Shown here piece by piece: positions 1 through 14,319 of a stretch of 64,000 bases of DNA. Numbering within the stretch: position 1 is the stretch's first letter; every line of letters starts with the position of its first letter. The translations under genes and the position numbers were made by a program. Source of the stretch: the human T2T-CHM13v2.0 reference genome, Homo sapiens; assembly GCF_009914755.1 (NCBI RefSeq), contig NC_060930.1; one strand, 5' to 3'. The notes below the pieces were generated by a model. That model saw nothing but the letters and a program-made list of their open reading frames with translations, searched no databases and was not told where the DNA came from.

Positions 1-129
1 TAATTAAGCCATTGCTAATGGAATGAACAGATATAACATATGGAATGTATGCCTCTCTTGCTAAAGGGAAAATCTCTCTCCCTGGGGACATGTATTTTTT
101 TTTTTAACTTCTGCCTTAGAGGACTGTCA

Positions 130-330
130 AAGACTAAAACAAACCTGAAAGCTATGTGTGGAAGATCCAGAGCCATATTTATTTCAAGTCCCTGAATGTT
201 AATGTGGAGAGCCACCTGTCAAGCTGGGACATCCACCCCGAGTCATTAAATAAAAGGAAAATAAACTTATGTCTTGTTTAAACAATTATATTTTGAGATT
301 TTCTTTATTATTGGATCTAATAAGCCCCTA
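130..330 (+). mobile_element. Old MaLR LTR 3' fragment (MLT1J/I-like)
   Basis: GAAGATCCAGAGCC...CCCTGAAT...GTGGAGAGCCACC...AATAAACTT...TTTAAAC..TTTTGAGATT resembles the MLT1 LTR 3' half. Confidence 0.45.
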
Positions 331-399
331 ATTAGCTCAAATGGGTTATTTCCCAGAGAGCTTGGTGTAGTCGAACAGGTAAATAAGAACATGAAATTA

Positions 400-1060
400 G
401 TAAAAGAAACATAAAAACACGTACATTAAAAAAGATAATAACTTTTTTTAAAGTACTACAGAGTTAAGCGAATAAATTGCCAAAATAAAAGGAGAACTAG
501 TAGATTTAGAAACAAAGGAACAGGATAGAAAAAAATGACATGGAAATTCTGATATTGAAGTAAGCCCTGAAATAACCATAATGAATGCAGATAAATTAAA
601 GCAGTTAGAGAGAAGATAATAGTTGGGCAATTCAGATAACACATCAGGAAAATTTATGAAGCAGATAACATAGAATGAGAAATTATTCAATTATGCAGGG
701 TATAAAAAAGATGCCTGAAATGAAGGAAGAAGGCATCAGTAGACTTGTGTGGCACATTATTTTCTAGGAAAAGTTTGATATGGTAGAGTTAACAGTGGGT
801 CATCTTCAAACTGTATTATTAAACCCTGAGAATAAAGAGAGGGTTTTTAGTCATCCTGGCAGATTAATAAAAATACTTAAAGGAAGAAAGAAAAATAAGG
901 CTTATATGGGACTTCATAACATTCGATACCAGAAAATAATAAATCTATGTACACAAAGTTCTGAAAGAAATCAACAGGCACCAAAGACTCCTTGGACACT
1001 GGCCAAAATATAACTCAATTACAAAACAAGAGAGATATTTTCTCAAATATTAACTTATTA
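400..1060 (+). mobile_element. Degraded HAL1/L1M ORF1-like fragment
   Basis: A-rich, purine-skewed block resembling decayed L1/HAL1 ORF1; no intact frame. Confidence 0.35.
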
Positions 1061-1076
1061 AGAAAATACAGCTCTT

Positions 1077-1545
<469 letters not shown>

Positions 1546-3222
1546 CTATGATCGCTTTGTGAAAAAAACTCCCAAATGTTATACAAAGTCAATCAACACA
1601 TGAACAAAATATAAAAACTGCAGTGAAAATATTGGCATAAGGAGAATCAAAATTAAGCATCATATATACATACATACATATGTATCTGTGTGTTTGTATA
1701 CACATACCTGTGTGTATATATGTATACATTATAATACAAAACAACTATAGGAATAATGCTTACAAAACAACTTTAGGAATAAAGCTGACCTTTACTCCTA
1801 AAGGTGAGTAAAGGTGAGTGAAGATCACCTTCACCAAAGTGAGTAGGCATACATATATATACACATATATCACAAAACAACTATAGCAGTGATGCTTACA
1901 GAAGAGAAATAAATGCCCTGAACTGGAATAATAAAATATAATAACATAATTTATAAAATTCTTATGAGAAAGAAAGAAGTGTTAAATTATAATGTATTTC
2001 CACTTTATTATCAATGTTAACAGTAGGAGCAAACTAATAGAAAGACCAAGTACACAGATCATGTAGATCCATGACACAGAGTTTACTTATCTGAAGAATG
2101 CAGAAGAAAGTCAGTAATATCAGAGTACATAAACGAGAAATCAACATGTTTTAGAGCCAGTAGAAAGATAAAAATCTAGACCCCAAAATCTTCAAAAGGA
2201 GTTGTCAGTGATAATTTCTGATTGCATGTGTGCTACTTTCCATATTTTCTACCCTCCTCCCAGCCTTTCCTTGTAAACATAAGCTTCTATACTTAAACAT
2301 GGACCAGTGTTAATTCAAATGAGTTTAATATGTGCCCAGGACCATCTCTTCTGAGCCAAGTGCTCCCCATCAATCTTAGAATTTACATAATATAAAATAT
2401 ACTAACAAGGTGAGGTCTCATACACCCAGGATTAGCACAGATATCATTTATCACCCTCTCTAGGCTTACACAGCCTGATGTAAGTATGTTCCTTAACCCA
2501 GGTCTGGAACAACAACATGGATCATTTACCTAGATGTCAGAGGCAGTCATGTTAATAGGCCTATTAATAAGCCCTATCCTGCAGCTAATTACCTCATCAT
2601 TTACAGCAAGAGTAAATTGATACTGTAAAAACTGAAACTAGATGAAAAAAAATACACATAATGACTCAACCTCATAATGTGCTCATAAACCCCTATCCTT
2701 ATCAAATAACATATCCTGTGATGAAGAAACATTTATCTGAAGTTCATCAGATCCTTCAGTTTTTCTTGTTTATTTTTCTCCTGTTTAGTCAAATAAATTA
2801 AATCTAACATTCATTGAGTTTATATATTATCATCTCATTTTAATAAAATAATGTGTCATATATTCAATCTATCCATTATTTAATTCATGTTTCTGCTTAG
2901 GGTGGGAAAGTATTTAATGTATGGGATGGCATCACCTAATGTTAATGATAGCTATTTCAGGACGATTGTGGTAATGATGGCCAAGTTCTATCTTTCAAGT
3001 TAGAGAATTGATTAGAATGTGACTCAGATTCTAATGCTTTTAATTCTGTGTAATGACAAGGAATACTCATATGCACACATTTCATGGTTACTTATTTTTG
3101 AAGCTTCCCTCCATCTCTGCAGTGAGCAGGCTCAAGGAAGTAGGAATGATGCCCATAGCCAGAAGACATGTTCCATAGTCTCACACGGGCATTGGAATTG
3201 GCCAGTGCTACTGAATGCCACA

Positions 3223-3690
3223 TATAATGGTTAATCTTGACCACATATAATGGTTAATAAACTAGACTGGGCTAAAGGATGCCGGATAACTGGTAAAACA
3301 TTATTTTTGGATGTGCCTGTGATTAAAGAGATTAGCATGTAAATCAGCAGTCTGAGGAAAGATCACCTTCACCAAAGTGGGTGGGCATCATTCAATCCTT
3401 TGAGGGCCTGAATAAAACAAAAAGGCAGAGAAAGGACAAATCTGCTCTTTCTGTTTGAGCTGAGACATCCATCTTCTGCTTTTGGAAATCAGTGCTCTTG
3501 GTTCTCCGGCCTTCATGTCTGGAATGGAACTATACCACCGGATGTTTTGGATTGCCAGATTGCAGACAGTAGATTGGTGAACTGCCTAGCCTGCATATTT
3601 ATGTGAACCAATCACGAATAATAAACTTATTTCTGCACATCTCTATATGTCCTATTAATTCTGTTTCTCTGGGGAACCCTGGATAATACA
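3223..3690 (+). mobile_element. MLT2 (ERVL) solo LTR, MLT2B/C/D-like
   Basis: ATGGTTAAT...GACTGGGCTAAAGGATGCC..ATAACTGGTAAAACATTATTT start; AATAAA; end TCTGTTTCTCTGGGGAACCCTGGATAATACA. Confidence 0.88.
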
Positions 3691-4199
3691 GGACAGAAGT
3701 AGGATCTCATATTGGTTACCTAAAGATACCACAGTGCTATTCAACATATGAGAGTTCATTACACGTGTAAATTTCCCCCCACCCCTCCCCAGGGCTCAGG
3801 TTATTTACTTTCTACATCATTCCACTTTATTATAACCAACTAAATACTTGTGCTCAAAGTTCAAAGCAACACCTACATAATTTTAAATAAATTGTTTATA
3901 ACTTTAGTTCTAGAGAATCGAGACTATTGGAAGAAAGTCTGAGAAAAGAACTGGCCTGGAAATATTAAACCAGCATATCCTTTGGCACCATCCTTCAACT
4001 ATATGGTGAATTTTCTTTGATGGTTTCTGCATTTGTTGCAATGAGTACATATGAATTTTGAATAAAAAGGAATTTCTTTAAAAATAAACACCCAAATAAA
4101 TATACAATTAGGACTTCTGGCAAAACCTAAAAAGCAAAGCAGCAAAATTCTTTGAGAAAATATAAAAATATAAACACACACGTATAACCTTACCTTAGC

Positions 4200-4670
4200 A
4201 AGATCTGTCTGTCATCTAACCCTGGTGACTAATCTCAACATCACTAATAGTGGGAAAATGTGACATTATGTACTTCTTGGTGTGATGCAACAAGAAACAC
4301 GAAACACCACCCAGTAAATACTATTCCTCAACATATTTACTCTGACTCTGATTCATCTTCATATCTAATATAGTTTACAGTAATAAAAGTGATGAAGGAA
4401 CAAGTTAAATGATATCTTGAGGACACAGACACATCTAGAAGGTGAGATGCTTATAGATCTATCTAGTCTCTTCAAAATTTTATAAGAAAACAAAAATAAT
4501 AAGACTGTACTATGTTGAAAGAGACATATGAGACACACCAACAAAAATACCCATAGTTCTTAATTAGATCCTATTTTTAGCAAATTTAACTGTAAGATAT
4601 ATTTTGGGAACAATTTAAGAAATTAGGAGAAGGACTAGGAGTAATAAATGATATTAGGGAATTTTTATTT
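4200..4670 (+). mobile_element. Old L1M (L1MC/ME-like) 3' UTR fragment, interrupted downstream by two Alus
   Basis: CAACATCACTAATAGTGGGAAAATGTGACATTATGTACTTCTTGGTGTGATGCAA matches L1MC/ME 3' UTR motifs; resumes near 4990-5150. Confidence 0.6.
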
Positions 4671-4687
4671 TATTGTATTGCTTGTAA

Positions 4688-4984
<297 letters not shown>

Positions 4985-5097
4985 AAGAAGTTTTTAAATA
5001 ATTTGTAGAAAACAGGATTGTGGTTATATAGGTAAATAACTGCGTGTTTGAAGATGAATATTGAAAAACTTAGAGGTAAAATTTATGTCTGTGTTAA

Positions 5098-5460
<363 letters not shown>

Positions 5461-6279
5461 TACATTTGAGGATTCTTTATGTTGTTCTTGATATTTCTGT
5501 TTATTTTTTAAAATATGAATACAACCAGGTAAAACAATATAGATATGGGACAAGATATTTATGGCACATACTGCAAGAGTATCCCCTCAAGTCTATGGTA
5601 GACATTATTGCCCAATTATGTCAGTCTTTCCCAGTGACTCAAGACATGGCTCCTGGTTGCTTCTCAACCAAGCACTTCTAATAGATTAAAGTCAGCATTA
5701 GGATTAAAACTAAACTATTTTCTATTCTTGTGATAAAGGAAAGTTTAGTATCATGGGTAGACATTGATCCATTGTTTGTTAGGTGAAAAGTGTACACAAA
5801 ATGAAACAGCAGGTATATGGTAAAATTTTTGTTTAAAAATGTGTTTATATAAATATAAGAAACAAAAGGGTATCTGACACAATGCTAATAATGGTTATTA
5901 TCTGGAAGTAGAATTTTAGGATAGTTATGATAGTTACCATACTATCATAACTGTGAGCAGGGGTGCAGCTTGGAACTTCAGCTCTTAAATTTTCTTCAAT
6001 TTGTTACTGCTTTCTGAAGTTGATAAAACAAATTTATATTACTTTTATAAGCAAAAATATTGTTATGTTTAAATCATTTTGTAAGTATTACTCCAATGGG
6101 AAAAATGTTTATTTTGACAGATGAATTGATAAATGGTGTCAATTAGGTTTTTTCTAATTTTATGTAAGAAATATTTATTTTAGAATTGTTTTAAATTTAT
6201 AAAAAAATTTGCAAGATAGTACAAAATGTCCATAATATGCCAAACCCAGTTTATTCTATTTTAACATATTATGTAATAC

Positions 6280-6475
6280 AATTCAGTATGCACTAAATAT
6301 AAATCATCTCATATAATCATTTGTCAAACTGAAATGAAAGTAGATATTATCCCAATTTTATTTGTATCATATATATACATACGTATATATGGAACTGAGT
6401 CATATAGAGGTATATTTTCTCAAGACCACATAACAAGCTGCATACCTATTCAAATCCAGGGTTCTATGTGATTAA
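6280..6475 (-). mobile_element. MIR
   Basis: ATTATCCCAATTTTA...GGAACTGAGTCATATAGAGG...CAAGACCACATAAC...ATTCAAATCCAGG is the antisense MIR core. Confidence 0.65.
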
Positions 6476-8723
6476 AATATATAATTTGTATCCCAACACA
6501 ATAATGCCTCTTAAGATATTAGATGCTCTTCTAAAAAGAGAAATCTCTAATATTTGTGTTATGGTGTCTAGACATTAATTCTTATGGAAAAAGTAAAAAA
6601 AAAAATTAGAAAATCAGAGGTTATGTGATCTTTCAGCAGGCTCAGCCTAGTTACTGTATATTAAACATTTCTATTATTTGTTTTTTTTGCTAAGTGAACT
6701 ACCTTGCCTTATTTATCTTCATTCACTTAAATCTTTCTGGCATAAACCTATTTTCAAGATTATATTAGTGATGTTTTTTATTCTGTAGAATAAATAACAG
6801 CATATATATAATATCATCAATAAAGGAGTCTACTGTTTATGTTGTCAGTAAAGCCAAGTATAAAGTATTATTTAAATGTCTATTTTATACTCAAATAAGT
6901 AAATAGTACAATTCCTTTCTCCCTATTATTGAAAAATACAAGTCAGCTTTTAGTAAAGAAAATATGAAAGTATAAAAAAGAAAAGCAAATTAGCATTAAT
7001 GCCATTTTTGAAGTGGCATTTAAATAACTGATGTGTCAGGGTAAAAGTCTGAGTTAAAAATATTAGTAGAGCATATAATATTTCACAAATCCTCAGCAGA
7101 GCTTCAGAGTTTTCTTTTTGGTAGTCAACACATATAAGATAAATAGGTTGAGGCATAAAGAAACACCAGATAAAATTGTTAAAGATGTCAATCATTTTTG
7201 CAAAACATTTACTGGGGATATCAACATACACAAAACATCCAAATTTCTCTAAATCGCCAATTTTCAGTAGACAAATACATCTGTGATTAAAAAAAAAAAA
7301 ACTTCTCAATTTGTTTTACAAACCTGAAAATCACCTCAACAAACTACAGTGAAAATGTTAGCATTGAGCATCTCTTTAAAATGTAATAAAAATTAGGCTC
7401 AGAAAGGTTATTTAACTTGATTGATGCCACACAGGAGCTTGAGTTCTTATTTATATTCTCTGTGCCAAGTAATAATAAATATAAAGAAAAGTTAATATGG
7501 AAAAAAAGCTTCACTTCTCCTAGCACTTCAATTCACACAGTCAGTTGACAATGGTGATTAGCATTTGAATAGATAGAAGGTAATAGAATTTTTGGTCTTC
7601 ATTAATATCACAGGTCAGTAGATTTAGAAATAAAAGATGAGCTTGGATTTTCCTTTACAAAACCAGTAAAATGAAAGTCAAAAAAAAAACTAGTAATAAT
7701 TTTTAACTTTCACTTATTTTTCACAAGGCATGTATTTTATTCCCTTAAGGCCAAGGCCTTTGCCAGCTTCTTCCTGATACTGCAGGCCACAGAATTCGGT
7801 AAACTACTAAAAAAATGAACATTTCATCCTTGGTTGAATATTGTTATTGCTCTGTAGTTACATTGTGCACTGTATATAGATATAATTTATCTATTTTTCC
7901 ATTAAACAAAATCATAACTGGCAAGTAGAGCTATGGAATTGTCTTCTGTAGTGTTGCTCTCTTTATAAGATGTGATGTCCTCATTCTAGCTGTGCTAGCT
8001 TTTTGCAGCAGCAGTTTTTGTTTGTAAAATGAAACAGCACCACCTTGTATCCTGAAGTAAAGCTACAGCTTCTTTAAAATATCTAACATTCAGATGTTTA
8101 CATATTTCAAATATATGTAGTAAGCGTCGTATTATGAAGTAGATAAAATTTAATTACAGGCCTGCTCTGTGCTAGATTCAGCTGTGTAATTACTAAACCG
8201 CTAAACCGATACCACTGTATTTATGCCCCCAAAATACATACTTTTAGCTATAAATTTACCCCGATACAACCAAATGCAGAAAAATATGTTAAATTGTGTA
8301 ATAGCTATCAAATGGCAAATTGTCTGTCATAGCTCACAAAAATAATTCAATTAAATGTTGAGATCTCCCTTAACCTTGTTATTTTATGACTCCATCAGTC
8401 CATATGTACATACAAAATGAAACATATGTCCTAATCTATAAGGTAGGTAGATGTTTTAGATAGTTATTAAGTTCATGGAAGTACATAAACAAATGCTTTG
8501 CTATCATATAAATATACACATATAAACTAATTCACCTAATTAAAATTATTAGAGATTTCCCAGTAGAAATCTGTGGCATTTTTTAGTATCTTTTAAATAA
8601 ATTTAACCACAAAAATAATACTTAACAAATATATGCATAGATGTTGAAACTCTTAACCAGGATTGTGAAATGGTGTTCACTGATTTCCTTATACTGCTGA
8701 AATCCAAGTTAATACTTATGTTT

Positions 8724-8739
8724 ATGACTCAGCAAAATT
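8724..8739 (+). promoter_or_regulatory. Consensus NRF2/sMAF antioxidant response element with embedded AP-1
   Basis: ATGACTCAGCAAAATT matches RTGACTCAGCA plus AT-rich 3' flank; motif only. Confidence 0.4.
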
Positions 8740-9289
8740 GTGAAGTACAGCATAGCACTATATTAATATATTCAAATGTTTCTTTAAAAGTGCATGTGTA
8801 TTATATATCACAGTTTTGAAAGATTTTCTTATGTCTAAATTATGGCATATTTCAAACAAATATAATTCACAATTCATCAGAACTGCAAAGAAGATAAAAT
8901 GTATTTGCACAAAATCTAAACTTTCTAAAAGCTATTATGTGAGTTTTTGATTGCCAGAGTAATGCTTGTATTATGATTTCTAGATCTTTTGTTTCATGAT
9001 ATATTTGAATTCTTGGCCAGAAATACAACATTTAAGGTGAAATAATATACTTATTTTTCTCCTTGCCAACACAGTATTATTCTCACAGATACACAATTGC
9101 CAAGTAGGGGTTACAGACCTTATATTTTGCATTTTAAGATTTGATTTTATGCCATAAAATCAAAGTATATTATAGGAATACTTAAGCACAGCCAGGTGTC
9201 TGGAGTTTCACTTCCCATATCTTTGATTGCTTTATAATCTAATCTTCTATAAGAAAAGTTCACTTATCACGTTCTTCTTTGCATTACAA

Positions 9290-9420
9290 GTGTCTGTTTG
9301 CAAGTCTCTTCTGGAAGGTATCAGAAGGCTTGCATCGTATCTGGCTTATTGTTTTAATACAAGTGCCTATAGTAGTGACTGATACATAAGAGGTGCTCAA
9401 TAAATATGTTTCTGTAAATA
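9290..9420 (+). mobile_element. L2 3' end
   Basis: AGTGCCTATAGTAGTGACTGATACATAAGAGGTGCTCAATAAATATGTT. Confidence 0.65.
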
Positions 9421-10830
9421 CATTTTCTCCTATAACTGACAGAATGAGGAGTATGTGGTGTAAGAAAGTTCACAAAGCTGAAGTTCCAAGCTGCACTCCT
9501 ACTCATAGTTATGAAAGTATGATATACTTAGTGAAAAGGGAAAAAAGGAATGTATCTGTCCTTATAGTTCCAAGTAGCAGGCAGGTAACCCACTTGCATT
9601 TTGATCCTTCCATTATTTATTTTATCAATCTTAAGGATGGTATGCATGCTGCTTATTTTTATCAGAATTTTAAAAATGGGGCTTGGGTTGTGGAAACTTC
9701 TACTTTCTGTAGCCTGTGGAGTAACTGTAATCTACTAAGGGGTACAAATATTTTGTCAAATCCAAGCATAATTTTAATTACTATTGCTCTTGTCTTAATC
9801 TTCTGAGTTAGTTTAACTTAACACCTACTTTACCAAAAAGGGGCTCAATAAATATTTTTAAATTAATAAATCAATCTTATTTGATGCAAAATATATATTA
9901 AAATAAAACATATCTATATGTAGGCATTTAAACAAAGGTTGGAAATAAGAAACTTATGTAATTAAAATATTCTCCATACAAGAAAATTTTGCAAGGTTTT
10001 TCTGTCATTTGCAAGTACAAAATTATTAACAATAACAAGTAGAGAATCCATCTAGGTTTTTATTTTATCTATAGAGGAATTTTTAAAAATATGTCTGGGA
10101 ACTGGGAAAATTATTTTAGGGTAGTAAGTGACTATTGATTCTATCAAACCTTCAAATATCCATAATATTCATTCTCTTATAAAGCCCGACAATTGTTCAT
10201 TTCCTATCTGCTGTGATTCTTATATCGACTTGATTTTGAGCTCTACTGCCTTGATGCATTGGTAGAAAAAGTCAACCCCTATATTCCGTAACTATTTCAA
10301 AGTCTTCCAGAAGTTGAAATATGAGATGGGGTAAAATATTAATTTATAACAAATTCATTTAATCACTTCATTAAAGTATGAAACTAAAATTAGATAATAT
10401 ATTCAATAAACATGATTCAAAGTTGAACATATGGTATATTCAGGAAATAATATTTTAAAATATTCCAAACTTATGATTTCTAGGAAATGAAGAAAGAAAA
10501 ATTGGAGAATATTTAAGGAATGGGTTTGATTCAGAATTAAAGCTATATTAATGTGAACATTATTAGACTTTAAATAGAGAACAGAATATGCTTGCTGATG
10601 ACCTTATATTTATTAATTGTGAATTAAACTGAATTGCTTCAGATCAGATGCTGGGGAAGAGAGGATGCGGAAGAATTTAGTAGCTAATTTCATTATTACT
10701 TACAATAGGGAACCAATAGACCATCATCAAAAAAGGAGGATTAAGGGTGCTAAGGAAAGGTACTTAGTATGAAGGTAACCACAAGAACAAAAATTAATGA
10801 GCCTACCTAGATACCAAAAAAGTTAAAAAG

Positions 10831-11115
10831 AGCCGGGTGCAGTGGCTCATGCCTGTAATCCCATCACTTTCAGAGGCTGAGGTGGGTGGATCACTTGAGG
10901 TCAGGAGTTCGAGACCAGCTTGGCCAACATGGTGAAACCCCATCTCTACTAAAAATACAAAAAGTATCTGGGCTTGGTGGCAGGCACCTGTAATCCCAGC
11001 AACTCGGGAGGCTGAGGCAGCAGAGGTTGCAGTGAGCCAAGATCACGCCACTGCACTCCAGCCTGGGCGACAGAGTGAGATTCCATCTCAAAAAAATAAA
11101 TAAATAAAATAAAAG
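10831..11115 (+). mobile_element. Alu (AluSx/Sz-like) with internal right-arm deletion
   Basis: Full left arm; right arm reads GAGGCAGCAGAGGTTGCAG, lacking GAGAATCGCTTGAACCCGGGAGG; A-rich tail. Confidence 0.96.
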
Positions 11116-11119
11116 AAAG

Positions 11120-11585
11120 ATCTATCTATATTAAGAACAGAAAGATTAATACACAATTGAAGAACAATGTAAACATTAAAGGGGATGTGGAACTATTGCC
11201 CCTAAGAGGAGGGAGGAAATAGGGTAGAGGAACTAGCTCAGAAACGGGACTTCTTTGCCTATGCCTTGTTTTGGAGATGTGCCTCTGGAAACGGATCAAC
11301 ATTTTTCCATGTACCTTTGCAACGCAACTACATTCCTTAAAATAAATTTACAAAAATAAGCAATAAACAAATGAACCTAACTGTGTTTTCAGTTGGTGGT
11401 ATAAAGAGGTGAAATATTAAAAGTGACTTTAAGGCATAGTAATCCCCCAGAGGGATATGTGTTAAGGACAAAACTATTACCTTGATTGTGGTAATGGTTA
11501 TCGTGAAGGTTTGCTTATGATTGTGCACATCAAATATGTGCAGTTCTTTGTATGTTAATTATACCTCAATAAGGCTGTTTTAAAA
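11120..11585 (+). mobile_element. Old L1M (L1MC/MD/ME) 3' end
   Basis: AAATGAACCTAACTGTG...CTTGATTGTGGTAATGGTT...GTGCAGTTCTTTGTATGTTAATTATACCTCAATAAGGCTG terminal motif. Confidence 0.7.
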
Positions 11586-11621
11586 TCTACAAAAGAAAAT
11601 TCAAACATTTAAGCACTCATA

Positions 11622-11958
<337 letters not shown>

Positions 11959-12296
11959 TAATGTGGGATAAAAGCAAATGAGTAATTATTTTTTATTTGA
12001 ATTCCTACAATCTCAGTGTTATTGAGAACTGGAATTCTTAGCATAGACATAACAGAAAAATAATTAGTAGGAAGGAGTTTAAAATAAAAACCCTGGAGGT
12101 CTTGAATTTGAATTCAATGTAGTGGTGTAAATTAATGAGATATTTTAATAAAAATATATTTAAGAAAATATCTTCCTCAAAATAAGCATGTTTCTTATCT
12201 ATTTCAATTAAAAAACAGCAACAATGACCAACCATTTACAATGAATCTAGATTTGATCATAAAACATGTGTATCTTTCTATAGATATTCTCTCCAT

Positions 12297-12297
12297 T

Positions 12298-12348
<51 letters not shown>
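12297..12348 (+). repeat. (TC)n(CA)n compound microsatellite
   Basis: TCTCTC run followed by CACACA run, read directly. Confidence 0.95.
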
Positions 12349-12349
12349 T

Positions 12350-12840
12350 TCTTACTGGAAGGAACCAGGGCTTCTTGGAGAAAAGACTGTGGCAGGAGAA
12401 CTTCAAGATGAAATGGACAATATTTTCATATCAGAGAGCAAGGAATCTTTCAAAGATATTTTGAATGCTGTATTGAAACTACTCAGAAATAATCCTGAAA
12501 AAGATTTCACTTGGATTTAGAAAGTTTGAGAATTAACTGCAATAGGTTGAAACATACCAAACATCTAACATGAGTTTGTAATGAGACTAAAAAACAAAAC
12601 AAAATAAAACAAAAAAGGAACTCCATCCACCGATTGTTTACCATTGAAATTTTTCATTATTTATTTTGAAATTATTAAAATAAAAAAAGAAAGAATCAAT
12701 CATTTATCCCATCTTACACTAATCACTCCACTGGGTAACCAAATACTATCTGACTAGATGAAGAAATTATCTCTTAATAGAAATATTTCATCTAATATAT
12801 GAAGAAACAATGATTGAATGAAAATACCCCTTTTGGGTAT
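12350..12840 (+). mobile_element. L1MC/MD 3' UTR fragment
   Basis: GGAACCAGGGCTTCTTGGAGAAA...CAAGATGA...CAGAGAGCAAGGAA motif typical of L1MC/MD 3' UTRs. Confidence 0.65.
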
Positions 12841-13391
12841 GAAGTAGTAAAATAAACCTTATGAATTCTGAAAGGAAAAGATCAAGGTCAGTTTCCTCCA
12901 TGAAGGTTAAACTTCTGTGTGCATCTAACTCTACCACTCATTTTTAATGTAATTGCTAAATTCTAAAAATCCATATTTTATCATTTAGAAATATATTGTT
13001 CGAAATTACAACACTCATTTTTTCTCATTGTTTCATAAATTATTTGAAGAAGAGACTTGGGATGGTTATGCAGATATTGAGTTTCTTATTTGAGAATACA
13101 CAGATGTGTGAAAGACAATCTAGAGTATCATCGAATTCACCAAGTACTGACTATTGCTATTCAATCTAAAATTTTTACAAAATTTGAAGTTCTAAGAACT
13201 AAACACTTAGGTTTTTGAGTGTAATCTCTCTCTGTTTCCCTATTTGAATTTCTTGTTATTTCACAAGATGAAATGGAAAGTCAATGTTTGACTCCCTAGA
13301 TTATTTAAATTTTTGAAAACTGAAAAAAATATATTCTGAGTATAATTACAAATGAATTTTAAGTAGACATTATCTCTAGAAAAAAGGTTCA

Positions 13392-13548
13392 TGCAGGCAG
13401 TGTGGTACCTACCTACAGTTCCAGCTACTTGGGAGGCTGAGGCAGGAGGATGGGGAGAGTCCCTTCAGCCTAGGAGCTAGAGGCCAGCCTGAGCAACATA
13501 GCAACAGCAGTCTATAAAAACAAATCACAACAAAAAGATACAAAATAA
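13392..13548 (+). mobile_element. Free Alu monomer (FLAM-like)
   Basis: CCAGCTACTTGGGAGGCTGAGGCAGGAGGAT...GAGGCCAGCCTGAGCAACATAGCAA followed by A-rich tail; single monomer. Confidence 0.8.
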
Positions 13549-14109
13549 GAGTGAACGGCAAGAGAGGCATCACATTAGCGGAGGTTAAATGCAATTCTAA
13601 TTTCCACAGAGCTGAAAATGCATTTCAAAATAAACCTTCCTCATTATGACTAAGTGTGCTAATAAAGCATAGAAAACAGTGAATACCATTATAGGAATAA
13701 ACACACCAAGAAAATATTTTTCCAAAAATATTTATTTGTAGATAGAAAATACCTCCTTTATGAATATTTTAATAAATTTCCTGATTTCTAAAATATTCCC
13801 TACATCTAAACTTTATTTTCTTGATGGTGTTTATTATATACTATAAATAATTATTTATTGCTCATATTTTTCTCCTTGACTAGAATAAAATGTTACTGAA
13901 TATAATAAAATCTTAGTATCTTGTACAATGTTTATATCTTGCACAAGACAAATCTATAGAGAATAAAGAAATATTGAATAAATAAATTATGAATAAATAA
14001 ATTGCTTATGTCCTGTTATGTTGAGAAAATCATGTAGATATAGAAACCCTAGATTTTACTAAAGATTTTGACTCTATTATTCATAATATTCTCTGAAAAA
14101 GATAGAATA

Positions 14110-14215
14110 TTTCCACTCAAACTTTACAATTCATCCAAGGGTTTTGTTAAAATGCAGATTTTGCATCAGAAGGCTTGGATGGGGCATCAGATTCCACCTT
14201 TCTAACTGATCCTTA
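14110..14215. mobile_element. MER5-like hAT-Charlie fragment
   Basis: TTGTTAAAATGCAGATT...GGATGGGGCATCAGATTCCACCTTTCTAAC. Confidence 0.55.
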
Positions 14216-14319
14216 CAAGCAAGATTTAAGGAAAGCATTTTCATGTTTATTTTTTCTACTATCAGGATCTTCCCACGCCGTTTTATAACTCTGGCCTCTT
14301 GGAACTTGGGACGTCATAC

